From contig CAUYUJ010000007.1 in assembly GCA_963575745.1 (NCBI GenBank), positions 1 through 64,000 on the forward strand: a stretch of DNA of 64,000 nt, written 5' to 3'. The stretch comes from Prorocentrum cordatum (taxonomy: Eukaryota). Below, one piece after another: positions 44,318 through 57,439 of the stretch. The notes under the pieces were generated by a model. That model had not been told where the DNA came from, did not search any database, and saw only the letters and a program-made list of their open reading frames with translations. The position numbers and the translations under genes are program-made. How positions within the stretch are numbered: the stretch's first letter is position 1; each line of letters begins with the position of its first letter.

Positions 44318-45545
44318 CTCATGATCACAAAACGCTGCCAGGGGCATCATTTGGGAGCCCCAAGGGGGAGCCACCCTGGCTGATATCACGAGCCCGTTCG
44401 CGCCGATTTTGGTGGGACGTCTCAGCTAAAATTGCCGTTTGGCCTCCCCAACATGTCTCTCTTGAGAGCCTCATGGTCACAAAACGCTGCCAGGGGCATC
44501 ATTTGGGAGCCCCAAGGGGGAGCCACCCTGGCTGATCTCACGAGCCCGTTCGCGCCGATTTTGGTGGGACGTCTCAGCTAAAATTGCCGTTTGGCCTCCC
44601 CAACATGTCTCTCTTGAGAGCCTCATGGTCACAAAACGCTGCCAGGGGCATCATTTGGGAGCCCCAAGGGGGAGCCACCCTGGCTGATCTCACGAGCCCG
44701 TTCGCGCCGATTTTGGTGGGACGTCTCAGCTAGAATTGCCGTTTGGCCTCCCCAACATGTCTCTCTTGAGAGCCTCATGGTCACAAAACGCTGCCAGGGG
44801 CATCATTTGGGAGCCCCAAGGGGGAGCCACCCTGGCTGATCTCACGAGCCCGTTCGCGCCGATTTTGGTGGGACGTCTCAGCTAGAATTGCCGTTTGGCG
44901 TCCCCAACATGTATCTCTTGAGAGCCTCATGGTCACAAAACGCTGCCAGGGGCATCATTTGGGAGCCCCAAGGGGGAGCCACCCTGGCTGATCTCACGAG
45001 CCCGTTCGCGCCGATTTTGGTGGGACGCCTCAGCTAGAATTGCCGTTTGGCCTCCCCAACATGTCTCTCTTGAGAGCCTCATGGTCACAAAACGCTGCCA
45101 GGGGCATCATTTGGGAGCCCCAAGGGGGAGCCACCCTGGCTGATCTCACGAGCCCGTTCGCGCCGATTTTGGTGGGACGCCTCAGCTAGAATTGCCGTTT
45201 GGCGCCCCCAACATGTATCTCTTGAGAGCCTCATGGTCACAAAACGCTGCCAGGGGCATCATTTGGGAGCCCCAAGGGGGAGCCACCCTGGCTGATCTCA
45301 CGAGCCCGTTCGCGCCGATTTTGGTGGGACGCCTCAGCTAGAATTGCCGCTTGGCCTCCCCAACATGTCTCTCTTGAGAGCCTCATGGTCACAAAACGCT
45401 GCCAGGGGCATCATTTGGGAGCCCCAGGGGGGGTCCACCAGGGGCTTCATAGTCACCAAACGCTGCCAGGGGCAGCATTTTGGCTTCCCAAAGAGGAGTC
45501 GACCCGGGCCTCCTAGTCGCCAGACACTGCCAGGGGCACCATTGG
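44318..45545. repeat. 152-bp tandem satellite, 7 full near-identical units plus decaying partial copies
   Basis: tcacaaaacgctgccagggg starts at 44325, 44477, 44629, 44781, 44933, 45085, 45237 and 45389. Confidence 0.97.
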
Positions 45546-45704
45546 GATTCAGACTCGCACCCAGACTCACTCATACACAAGCTCACTCACACTCAGATTC
45601 ATTTCTTCAGAGTCAGGCACACACAGACGTACCCATACTCAGACTCACCCACACTCAGGCTCACCTAACCCAGACTCCGTCAGAAGCCAGTAGCGAAGAG
45701 AGCA

Positions 45705-45707
<3 letters not shown>

Positions 45708-45736
<29 letters not shown>

Positions 45737-45782
45737 CGGGAGAGAGCGAGCGAGAGAGAGAGAGAGAGAGAGAGAGCGAGGA

Positions 45783-45815
<33 letters not shown>

Positions 45816-45978
45816 GAGAGGAAGATAGAGAGAGAGAGAAGGAGAGAAAGAGAGAGAGAGAGAGAGAGCAAGAGAGAGAGAGAGAGGAAGCGAGAGAGAG
45901 GGAGAGGAGAGAAAGAGAGAGAGCGGAGAGAGAGAGAGAGGGGGAGTTGAGAGAGGAGACAGGCGAGAGAAAGAGAGA

Positions 45979-46020
<42 letters not shown>

Positions 46021-46047
46021 AGAAGAGAGAGAGAGAGAGATAGAGAT

Positions 46048-46083
<36 letters not shown>

Positions 46084-46501
46084 NNNNNNNNNNNNNNNNN
46101 NNNNNNNNNNNNNNNNNNNNNNNNNNNNNNNNNNNNNNNNNNNNNNNNNNNNNNNNNNNNNNNNNNNNNNNNNNNNNNNNNNNGTAGTAGTAGTAGTAGT
46201 AGTAGTCGTAGTAGTAGTAGTAGTAGTAGTGGTAGTAGTAGTAGGTGTGGAGTAGGAGTGGGAGTGGAGTGGGAGTAGGGAGTAGGAGTAGGAGTAGGAG
46301 TGGAGTAAAGTAGGAGTTGGAGTAGGAGTAGGAGTAGGAGTAGGAGTAGGAGTTAGGGAGTAGGAGTCGGAGTAGGAGCAGGAGTAGGAGTAGGAGTAGG
46401 AGTAGGAGTAGGAGTAGGAGTACGAGTAGGAGTAGGAGTAGGAGTAGGAGTAGGAGTAGGAGTAGGAGTGGGAGTAGGAGTAGGAGTAGGAGTAGGAGTA
46501 G

Positions 46502-46545
<44 letters not shown>

Positions 46546-46950
46546 ATAGTAGTAGGAGGAGGAGTAGTAGTAGTAGTAGTAGCGCCAGAACCGCCGACGC
46601 CACGCCGTAAGTGAAGCAGCATCAGAAGCAGGCAGCAAGTCGCCGAGGCAGCAGCGAAAGCAAGCAGGCACGGAGATGAGGGCGGGGCATTGGGATGTGT
46701 TTTACATCTACATGTGTGTCTACACCTACGTCTACATCAACACCTAAAAATACATCTAGACCTACATGTACATCTACACCTACAGCTACATCTACATATA
46801 CACCTGCATCTACGTCTAATCTACATCAACAGCGAGACTCACATCTACATCTACATCCACACCTACATCTACACCTACACCTACATCTACATCTACATCT
46901 ACATCCACATCTACACCTACACCCACATCTGCATCTACATCTACATTTAC
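45708..46950. repeat. (GA)n, (GTA)n/(GGAGTA)n and (CATCTA)n microsatellites around a 100-N gap at 46084-46183
   Basis: Direct observation. Confidence 0.95.
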
Positions 46951-47628
46951 AATTTCGCATTGGCTGTGCTTGCTTTGCTTTTGGTGTTGCTTTTGCTTGG
47001 TTGTGTTTTTGCTTGGTTTTGCTTGCTTGGCACCCAAGGAGCGCAACTGGGGGAACCGCGCGTTTGCTTTTACCTTTGCTGTTGCTTTTGTTTGGCTCCC
47101 AGGGGGCTGGGGGAACCGCCCCCCACCTTTTCCCTTCATCCGTCGGCGATGCTCACCACGCCAGCGGGACCCCTCTCCCCCTGAGGCAGCACCGTGCAGT
47201 CGCGCTTTGGGTCACAGCCGCACGGCTCCCCCCCGACACTGTGGTGCGGATCACTGAGGACTGGGCGCTGAGTGGTTCAGCCTACAACGCCTGTACAGCC
47301 TTCGGCCCCTTTCCAGCTGTCGCGCGCTGTTTTCCGGTCTCGGCCGCTCAGCCGCTCGACTTGTGCAGGTCGACCGTTGAAGTCTGGCGCCACATCGGCG
47401 ACTCACTTCGGGGCATTCTCATTTTCTCCGGGCACAGCGGCCTGCCCACTGTGGTAAGGGCTTCTGCGCCTTCGTGAGTTTGCCTCTCGAATTCTCGGAC
47501 GCCGCTTTTGCTCCCTGATACTAGTCTCGGGGCCGCTGACCAAAACATGATGGACCCACGAAGCCGGAAAGGGATATAGACATGTGGAGCATGGACACGT
47601 TTTCACGATACCCAACTGGGCAACACCT

Positions 47629-48445
47629 CACGAAACATCCCACGAGACACTTCACGAAACATCCCACGAGACACCTCACGAAACATTCCACGAGACACCT
47701 CACGAAACATTCCACGAGACACCCCGCGAAACATTCCACGAGACACCCCACGAAACATTCCACGACGACAGGCAACCACTCAACCAAGGCGGTGTGGTCG
47801 TGCTGGGGAGTGGTCGTGCTGGGGTGTGGTCGTGCTGGGGGGTGGTCGTGCTGGGGGGTGGTCGTGCTGGGGGGGTGCTGGGGGGTGGTCGTGCTGGGGC
47901 GTGGTCGTGCTGGGGCGTGGTCGTGCTGGGGCGTGGTCGTGCTGGGGTGTGGTCGTGCTGTGGTGAGGTCGTGCTGGGGTGTGGTCGTGCTGGGGTGTGG
48001 TCTTGCTGGGGTGTCTTGCTCGTGCTGGGGTGGGGTCGTGCTGGGTGGGTCGCTGGGGTGTGGTCGTGCTGGGGTGTGGTCGTGCTGGGGTAGGGTGGGG
48101 TCGTGCTGGGGTGGGGTCGTGCTGGGGTGTGGTCGTGCTGGGGTGTGGTCGTGCTGGGGTGTGGTCGTGCTGGGGCGTGGTCGTGCTGGGGTGGGGTCGT
48201 GCTGGGGTGGGGTCGTGCTGGGGTGTGGTCGTGCTGGGGTGGTCCGCACCCTGTGATTTATCGATCGGGTCGTGCTGGGGTGTGGTCGTGCTGGTGCTGG
48301 GGTGTGGTCGTGCTGGGGTGTGGTCGTGCTGGGGTGTGGTCGTGCTGGGGTGTGGTCGTGCTGGGGTGTGGTCGTGCTGGGGCGTGGTCGTGCTGGGCGT
48401 GGTCGTGCTGGGGTGTGGTCATGCTGGGGGTGTGGTCGTGCTGAG
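47629..48445. repeat. 12/24-bp minisatellite (cacgaaacattc/cacgagacacct) followed by a 16-bp minisatellite (gtggtcgtgctggggt)
   Basis: Direct observation; ccgcaccctgtgatttatcgatcggg occurs at 48244 and 48451. Confidence 0.93.
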
Positions 48446-49289
48446 GTGTCCCGCACCCTGTGATTTATCGATCGGGATTTCAAAAACAAGCGTTTCGCCT
48501 GAGACATCCTCAAATTTTAATCCGCCGGCCTCCTTCGACCTCGATATTTATCAGGGAAAGAATCCGCCGGCCTCCTTCAAGTTGGGCACCGGGGACATGT
48601 TTACATACTAAAAGAGAACCCTGGGCCAAAGCCCTTTCCGGGAAAAAGGATCCCCGCCTGCCTCCGTAGCCTCGAGCTCAAGCCGCCTCGGCCCGAGCCC
48701 GCCCCTGGTCCGGGTTCACGCCGGGCCCCCCGTCGCGATGGCTTCCAGCGCCGCCCTGCGACGGCGGCAGCACCTTACCGCCGCCGCCCGGGACGGGCCG
48801 CCCCGCCCGGGTCCTCCGCATGCCGCTGCTGCGGATGCAAGCCGCCGCCGCCTCCCCCCTGGAGGCTGGCGCGCGGGAGGCGGCGGCGGCTGGCGGCGGC
48901 GGCGGCCGGCCCAGCTGAACCCCCGCTGGCGCCTGGCCGCCGCCGCCCGGGCTTGCGGCGGTTGCCGCCGCCGCTGCCGCTGCCGCTGCCGCTGCCGCTG
49001 CCGATGCCGGCTCCCCGCCGGCGGAGGCGGCGGCGGGGCGCGCGGCGGTGGCCCGGCGCCGCCGCGGCCGCCCCCGCCGTCGCGGCGTGGCGCGGGCGCC
49101 GCCGCCGCCACCGCTGCCCGCCCGCGGCTCCCCTCCGGCGGCGGCGGCAGCGGCGGCGCGCGGACAGCGTGACGGCCGCTGTCGCGGCGGCCGCTGCTGC
49201 CGCCGCTGCCGCCGCCGCTGCCGGCCCCCTGCCGGCGGCGGCGGCGGCGGTTGGCGCGGTGGCCAGCGCCGCCGCGGCAGCATGCCGCT

Positions 49290-50870
49290 TGCCCGGCGGC
49301 CTGCCCCACAGCCAGCTCGGCGGCCAGCCACCCGGATTGCCCGACTGCCAGCCCCACGGCCTGCCCGGCTGCCAGCCCAGCCGGCCTTCGGCCAACCCGA
49401 CTGCCCGCCCCACGGCCAGCCCGACGGCCAGCCCGACTGCCAGCCCCACGGCGGCTCGACTGCCAGCCCGACTTCCAGCCCCACGGCCAGCCCGGCCAGC
49501 CCCACGGCCAGCCAGACGAACAGCCAGACGGCCCGCCCCGAGGCCAGCCCGATTGCCAGCCCCGCGGCCAGTCCCACGGCCAGCCCCACGGCCAGCCGCC
49601 AGCCCGACCGCCAGCCCCACGGCCGACCCGACTGCCAGCCCCACAGCCGGCCCGACGGCCAGGCCGAGCGCCAGCCTCACGGGCAGCCCGACGGGCAGCC
49701 CCGCGGCCAGGCCGACGGCCAGCCCAACGGCCAGCCCCACGGAAAGTTTGGCTGGCGACCAGCCTCTCGGCCAGCCCGACTGCCAGCCCCACCGCATGGC
49801 CGGCTGCCAGCCCCACGGCCTGCCTGACGGCCAGCCCGTTGGCCCGCATGGCCAGCCCGACTGCCAGCCCCGCGGCCAGCCCCACGGCCAGCCCCACGAC
49901 CAGCCCCACAGCCAGCCCGACGCCCGCCCGACTGCCAGCCACATCGCCAATCCCGCGGCCAGCCCCACGGCCAGCCTGGCCAGCCCAACGGCCAGCCAGA
50001 CGGCCACCCCCACGACCAGCCCCGCGGCCAGCCTGACTGCCAGCCCCTCGGCCAGCCCCACGGCCAGGCCCACGGACAGCCCGACTGCCAGCCCCACGGC
50101 CCGCCCTACGGCCAGCCCGACTGCCAGCCCCACGGCTGGCCCCACGGCCAGCCCGACTTCCAGCCCCACGGCCAGCCCCACGGCCACCCCCACGGCCACC
50201 CCCACGGCCAGTCCCACGGCCAACCTGACCTCCAGCCCCACGGCCACCCCCACTGCCAGCCCGACCGACAGCCCCACGGCCAGTCCGACTGTCAGCCCCA
50301 CGGCCAGCCCCACGGCCAGCCCTACGGCCAGTCCCACGGCCTGTCCCGCAGCCAGCCCGACGGCCCGCCCCACGGCCAGCCCGACGGCAAGCCCGACGGC
50401 CAGCCCGACTGCCAGCCTCACGGCCAGCCCGATCCCCAGCCCCACGACCAGCCACACGGCCAGCCCCACGACCAGCCTGACCGCCAGCACGGCCAAACTG
50501 AAGGCCAGCTCCACTGCCAGCCCGACTGCCCGACCCACGATTATCCCTGCAGCCAGCTCCACGGCAAGCCCGACCGCCAGCCCCACGGCCACCCCGACTG
50601 CCAGCTCTGCGACCAGTCCGACGGCCAGCCCGACTGCCAGCCCAACGGCCAGCCCGACGGCCAGCCCGACAGCCAGCTCCACGGCCAGTCCCATGGCCAG
50701 CTCCACGACCAGCCCCACGACCTGTCTGACGCCTCACCCGACACCGCCCCCGACGCCCAACCCGACGCCCTACCCAACACTCCACCTGAGGCCTTGCCTG
50801 TCGCCCAGTCCCACGGCCAGCCCCACGGCCAGCCCGAGAGCCAGCCCGACGGGCAGCCCGACAGTGAAGC
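49290..50870. repeat. Degenerate 12-bp tandem repeat gccagccccacg (reads ASPT in one frame)
   Basis: Direct observation; coding status unsupported. Confidence 0.9.
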
Positions 50871-51769
50871 CACCCTCCAGACGGCACTGGGGAGTCCCAC
50901 CGAGCCCGCGCGCCAGCCTTCCCCTGGCGAGCGGGACAACGAAGCCATCCTCCAGCTGGTTTCGAGGAGCCCTTTCGCCCCTATTCGTCCTCCTTCGACT
51001 GCCAGCGACTCGACGCGGGCGGACGCCTCGACGAGCATCCACGGGGCAACCCCTGCATCCCTGCAAAGCGCGCCAAACCGCCCCCCCCCCCTGGCGGGGG
51101 CGGGGGCTCCACCGTCGAGACGGGCCGGCAGCCCGACCGGAGGGCATCCTTGGCGCGTCGGACGGGAAGTGAGTGGGTGGACGCCCAGTCTGTTCGCGGA
51201 TCGCCAGCAGTCAGGACCACGGGACTCCAACACTGGAAGGCCGCTCTATAAAGCCCGGGCCCACGACTCCCAATGGGAATCCCACAGGGAGTCACCAAAC
51301 GAGACGATCAGGCACCTTCAGGTCACCCTGGGCGCGTCGTTCACAGCCGTCTGGCACGCCTTTTCCAAGCAACGCGCTGCCCCTGGCACCATGCGCGCTT
51401 CCGACCCGCGTCGGCACGACCAGCAAACCTGCGTCGCTTTCCCCACCTCACTTCACAACCACAGCTGCGATGCTCGGGCCATGGGCGATTCTCTGGGCCT
51501 GGGAGTCGACTGGGCGCAAGTGCGCGGGCAACATGTGGGACACCAAGCAGGCGCGAACAAGGGGCGCCAGGCACCGCCGGGAGATGGTCGGGATCGCGTG
51601 GCCGCCGATAATGACCGCACACTGTAGGGTGGGTCTACTCTCGGGCGACTCGTCAGCCTCCTTCTGGTTGGCTCCACGGCGGCGGCTCGCTACCCTCCTG
51701 GTTGGCGCCGCGCTTCTCTTAACTCCACGGCGGCGGCTCGCCGCCCTCGTGGTTGATTGCCCTCAGGGC

Positions 51770-54700
51770 CTGTCTCGGCCGTCGCCTCCTTCGGCTGTTG
51801 TGTCCGCCGCCCGCTCCACGCCGTTGTGGCTGTCTGCTGCAATGGTGTAGAACGGGCTGCGGCCCCCTTCCATTCCCTGCGGCTGTGAGCTACACCCTAC
51901 AAGAGGACCGCATGCCTCAGGCGAAGCCATCCCCCTTCCCTACGCGGTTGTCTGCTACACTCCGGCCATGCATCGGGATGTCTCAGGTGGAACCACTTCC
52001 CATCTCTACGCGGCTGGCAGCCGCACCCCAGCAGTGCATTGGCAGGTCTCAGGCGATACCATTTCCTTCCTTCCCGCAGCTATTTGCCGCACCTCAACAG
52101 AGCGCCGGCTAGTCGCAGGCGAAACCACCTCCTACCATCACGCGGCTGTTAGCCACCCCCCAGCGGAGCATTGGCTGGTCTCAGGCGGAACCACTTCTCA
52201 CAATAGCTGCACCCTACCAGAGGGCCAATATGTCTCAGGCGTTGCAATCATCTAACGTTCTGCGGCTATTAGCTGCACTCTGGCTCAGGTTACTTCAGGC
52301 GGGACCGTCTCCCTCCACTCTGCTGATGCTAACTTCACCCCCGCTGGACGTCGGCCCATCCCAGGCGTCACACGTCTCAGGCGAAGATAACCCTTTCCCG
52401 CCTTCCTGCGGCTGTCTGCTGACGGTCGTATCCTGGCCCCTTCACCCTGCTCGCGGCGACTGCGGCATCCGGTTGCCCCTCCGCTGGCCTTCCCCAAGTG
52501 GCTGCACGGCGGCATGTCTCAGGCGTAGCCATTTCCCACCATCCTGCGGCTGTTAGATGCACCCTACCAGAGGACCAGCATGTCTCAGGCGAAACAGTCT
52601 CCCACTTGCAGCAAATACAAGGAGTGGGAAGCCTTTCCTACCGCCCCGCGGCTGTTAGCCGCACCCCAGCAGGGCAACGGCTGGTCCCAGGCGAAACCAC
52701 TTCCTAACAATCTCCCACTTACGGCTTGTTCAGCAGGTCTCAGGCCAAACCACCTCCTACCATCCCGCGGCTGTTAGCCGCACCCCAACAGAGCATCGGC
52801 TGGTCTCAGGCGAAACCTCTTCCTACCATCCCGCGGCTGTCTTGGTTAAGGCCGCGCAGTAGCACGCAGCGGACAGGGCCGCCGTGGGAGCGTGAGGGGC
52901 GCCCGCGCATGCGCCTTATTCGTTGGCAGGCGGTATGCTCTGGTTGTCCCTGGATTTGTCGCGGGGAGGCTGATTGGCCCAGGTTGGCTGCCTGTCGGCT
53001 GGGGGAGGTTGCGTTTTCAACGACATGGGACAGTTGTAAGCCTCTCCCCCGAGCAGGGGCCAGCGGGTGCTGTGGCAGAGTGAATACAGAGCTCGTTAAG
53101 CCACCTGTGCCCAGAGGGCTGGTTGGACTTACGGCCACGTCCACGGCGGGCTCCACGTTGAATAAGCAGCAACGCGAGCGGGGGGCGAGGTGAGCTGCGC
53201 AACGTCGAGTTGTACGTCCACGAGCTCAACGCAGTCGAGCAGCACCACGTCGGCCAGCACCATGGTGGGCAGCAGCACGACGCTGGCGAATAGGGCAGGG
53301 TCCTCCCCTGGGTTGCCCCGCGCATCGCGGTCTTGCAGTACGTCGCGGACGACCAGCTGTGCGTCCTCGAGCCAAGCGGCCACGACCAGTACCGTCTCGT
53401 GGCCGCAGTACGAGCGGCCCCAGCAGCACGTCGGCCAGCTCGAGCGCGTCCAGCAGCACAACGGCAACGTCCACCACCCTGACTCACAGTGCACCGTTGG
53501 CTGCAGCACGCCTCTGACGACCAGTACGTTTTCAAGTGCGACAGTGTCGAGCAGCACCACGGCGGCTAGCACGACGATGAGCAGCGGCACGACGCTGGCA
53601 AATACCACAAGGTCACTCACACCACGCTGACCGAGGCGAGCTCATCGGCTAGTCTGTGCGGTCCAGTACGGCCAGGCGCAGGGCGTCGTCCACGGCCACC
53701 TCCACGGTGAGCTCCACGACGACAGCGAGCAGCACCGCGAGCGTGGGCGTAGCGTGCAGCGCAACTTCGCGCAGTGCGGCACAGTCGAGCAGCACCACGC
53801 CGGCCTGCACTACGGTGTGCAGCGGCTCGACGCTGACGGCTACGACAGAATCATTCACTACCGCGCTGCCCGGGACGAGGTGGTCGAAGGCCAGCACGTG
53901 TGGCTCCAACAGCACGACGGTCAGCTCGAGTGTGCCCCGCCGTGCAACCACATTGTCCACCACCTCGACTTCCAGTGCATCGCTGTCTAGCAGTGCGTCT
54001 CAGAAGCTCTCCAATGCTTCCTCGAGCAGCACAGGCATGGCCAGTACGGTCTCGAGCATGCGACGTCCCAGCCACCTCTACGGTGAGTTCCATGGCGACA
54101 GGGAGCAGCAGCTTGAACGAGGTCGTACTACGCAGAATGTCGAGCAACACCCCGCCGGCTAGAACGAGCGCGAACAGCAGCACAGCTGCATTGCCAACGC
54201 CTGGTCTCCAGTGCGCCGTTGGCTTGCAGCACGTCTCAGACGTACCGCAGTGAGACCTCGAGCAGTACGGCCACGGCCAGTACGGTCTCGAGCCATGCAC
54301 GTCCTCTGCCACTTCCACCGTGGGCCCCACGTCGGCACATAGCAGCAGCGTGAGCGAGGTCGAGACGTGCAGTGCAACGTCGAGCAGCACGAGCTCGGGT
54401 GCGACACAGTCGAGCTGCACCACGCCGGCAAGTACTACGTCGAACTGCGACACGGCGCTGTGGGAACGTCAGGGTCACCCAGTCCCACGCTGTGCGAGCT
54501 GGGTTCCACGGCCAGTACGAGCGGCACCAGCGGCACGGCGGCCACCTCGTGCGCGTCCTGCAACACAACTGCACTGTCCGCTGCATGGCGCCACCAGTTG
54601 CCCGCCCTGCCCACCGCCCGCTCCACGCCGTTGCGGCTGTCTGCTGCACTGGGGTGGATCGGGTTGTGGTCCCCTACCCCTCCTTGCGGGTCGGGTGCTC

Positions 54701-56140
54701 GGTCTTATCCTGGCCAGATCGCCCTTCACCGACTGGCCCACTGGACTTGCCTGGGTCGCCATCCTTTTCCTGGTGCCCCCCGCTGCTGTCCCTCCCTCGC
54801 CCTGGTGCACCTACCTCCCCTGGCGGACCCTCTGGGTTCGCTGGGTCTTCTCCCGCACCTGGCAGCTCCCTTTATCTCCATGGTCGCCTTTCCACCCTCC
54901 TTCTGGTTGGTTGCCCTCGCCTCGTCTGTCGTCTCCTTCGGCCGTTGTGTCCACCGCCCGCTTGACGCCGCTGCGGCTTCCTGCTGCACTGGTGTGGATC
55001 TGGCTGTGGCTCCCCTCCCCTCCCTGCGGGCTGGGCTCGACGATCCTTCTGGCCACTTCACCCAGTTCGTGGCCGTCTGCGGCATTCGGCTACCCCCACG
55101 TTTGCCGCTCCCATGCAGAGCTCCAGTATGTCTCAGGCGAAGATAACCATTTCCCACATTCCTGCGGCTGTTGGCTGCACCCTACCAGTGCACCGGGACG
55201 TCTCATGCGTAGCAATCGCGTTGATATCCCCCACCACACTGCGGCTGTCAGCTGCATTCCGGCCAGGTCTCGGGTTGTCTCTGGTTTTATCTTTTCCCCC
55301 CGCTCTGCGGCTGTGAGCTGCACCCCAGCTGGGCTTCGTCGCGTATCTGGCGGGATCACTACCCAGCATCCTGCGGCCGTTTGCTGCACCCCTACCTTCT
55401 ATGCAGGCTCGGCCCGTACCCCCCGGGCTGCACGTCTCAGGCGAAACTATATCCCCCTTCCTGCGGCTGTTAGCTGCACCCTACCAGAGGACCTATATGT
55501 CTCAGGCGTTGCAATCATCCAACGTTCTGCGGCTGTTAGCTGCACTCTGGCTCAGGTTGCCCCAGGTGGCACCGTCTCCCTCCACTCTGCTGCTGCTAAC
55601 TTCACCCCCCTGGTCGTCGGTCCATCTCAGGCGTAACATGTCTCAGGCGAAGGTAACCTTTTCCCACCTTCCTGCGGCTGTTAGCTGCACCCTACCAGAG
55701 AACTAGGATGTCTCAGGCGAAGCATTCGCGGTGCCTTCCCCCATCTCACTGCAGCTGTCTGCTGCGCTCTGGCCCTAGTTTCGGGATGTCTCAGGTGTAT
55801 TATGTTCCCCTCGCTCTGCGGCTGTTAGCTGCACCCCTGCTTGGCGTCGTCATTGCGTCAGGCGGGTTCACCTCCCCGCATCCTGCGGCTGTTACCTGTA
55901 CCCCCCCCCCATCTTGGCTGGCGCGGCCAGTTCCCCCCAGGCTGCACGTCTCAGGCGAAACAAATTCTCACCTTCCTGCGGCTGTTAGCTGCACCCTACC
56001 AGAGGACCCCATGTCTCAGGCGAAGCAATCCTCCAACGTTCTGCGGCTGTTAGCTGCACTCCAGCTCAGGTTGACTCAGGTGGCAACGTTTCCCTTCACT
56101 GCTGCTGCTCCCCCCCGCTGGACGCCGGGCCACCTTAGGT
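51770..56140. repeat. Complex block: two related ctcaggcg / gcggctgttagctgcaccc repeat arms (51770-52850, 54610-56140) around degenerate cagtcgagcagcaccacg repeats
   Basis: 52205-52415 resembles 55471-55680 and 55985-56130; 51770-51885 resembles 54610-54690 and 54925-55030. Confidence 0.7.
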
Positions 56141-57439
56141 GAACCTTTCTGCTAGCGCGACTGCTAGCTGCGCTGGCCCTGGAGATGGCCTGGGGTACTG
56201 TATTCCGTCCTTCAGCAAGGGCGCTTTCGCGCTTCCACTTGCTCCTGCCGCCGTTGGTCACTCCTCGGTTCTGTGCTCTCCTTGCCTTTACGTGGCATCG
56301 GCAACCGACTGGATTGGATTCGGGCCCTCCGCTGCCTACTTACGTCAAGTACTGGGAGTACTGCAAGTTGTGGGCGGACCTCTACTTGTTCCACGTCTGA
56401 GCCGCGGCTGTTCTTCTTCCTTCCCGCCTCTTCTGTTCTTGTCTCTCGTCGCCGCCTCTCCTCCTTCCTGTTCTCTCTTCCTTCGTCCGTCCTCTGTGCC
56501 CGACTCTCGCCTGCTGTTCGACCCTTTGACGCCGCGCGGGTGCCCGCCTGCGGTCGCGATCAAAAAAGTATCCCCGCCAGCCCATCCAGAAACGGTGCCC
56601 AGGGGAGTTGAGGTGATCAGGGAAGCGGGGGAGCATGCAGAAGAACAAAGGGCGGGGGAAGCCGTCCGATACCCCAAGAGGGGGAGGATGGTGGAACGTC
56701 TGGGGGGCATCTCGGGTGCCTCGGGGATCCTTTGAAGCCTCTTGGGGGCCTCTTGGGAGCCTTTTGGAAGCATCTTGGGCGCCTCTTGGGGCCGTCTGGG
56801 CGCCTCTTGGGGCCATTTTCGGGCGCTCTTGAGAGCCTTAGGAACGCTCTTGGGGCCATCGTCGAGATCGATCAAATAAGAGGGAAGCTTCAATGAGGGT
56901 CCCCCCTCGGGAGCCCCAAAAGTCGCCTCTTGGTGCGCTTTGGGGGCGCTTTTGGAGCGCTCTTGAGCGCTATCGGGGCCGTCTTGGGGCTCTCTTGGGC
57001 CCCTCTTGGGGACCTCTTGGGCCATCTTGGAGCCTTGAGGCGTCGGATGGCCATCGGAAGCGAAAAGGCGAGAAAGCAATCATCAATGATTCTTTTCGTT
57101 TTGACGGATCTGGGAATCTTGGGGAACTCCTTGGGGTCTCGGAGGCTTCTGGGAGCCGTCTTGGAGCTTCTTGGGGTTTGTTGGAGCATTTTGAAAGCCA
57201 TCTTGAGGCATCTTGCGCTGTCTTGAGCCATATTGGAAGTCATCTTGGGCTCTCCGAGGCCCTCGTGGGACCGTCTTGGAGCATCTCACACGTTCCGACG
57301 CATCGCCGCCCCCCCCCGTCCATGTCCAGGGGAGGGGTAAGGGGGGCGGGGTGAACCCCTCCCCGAAGGGGAAGAAGGGGGTTGGAAAAGGAAACCCCCT
57401 AGACCACCTACGCCCAAAGGGCTGGTGGGTTTACGATTA

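Noticed and set aside
48953..51172. 739-aa mucin-like ASPT ORF as a real gene
   Set aside because: Non-ATG start, 12-bp repeat open on both strands, phase changes within the array, no signal peptide or domain.
57222..57236. Relic-SL-like CCAATATGGCTCAAG on the minus strand
   Set aside because: It is a variant of the surrounding ccaagatggcccaag repeat, with no ORF or insertion hallmarks.
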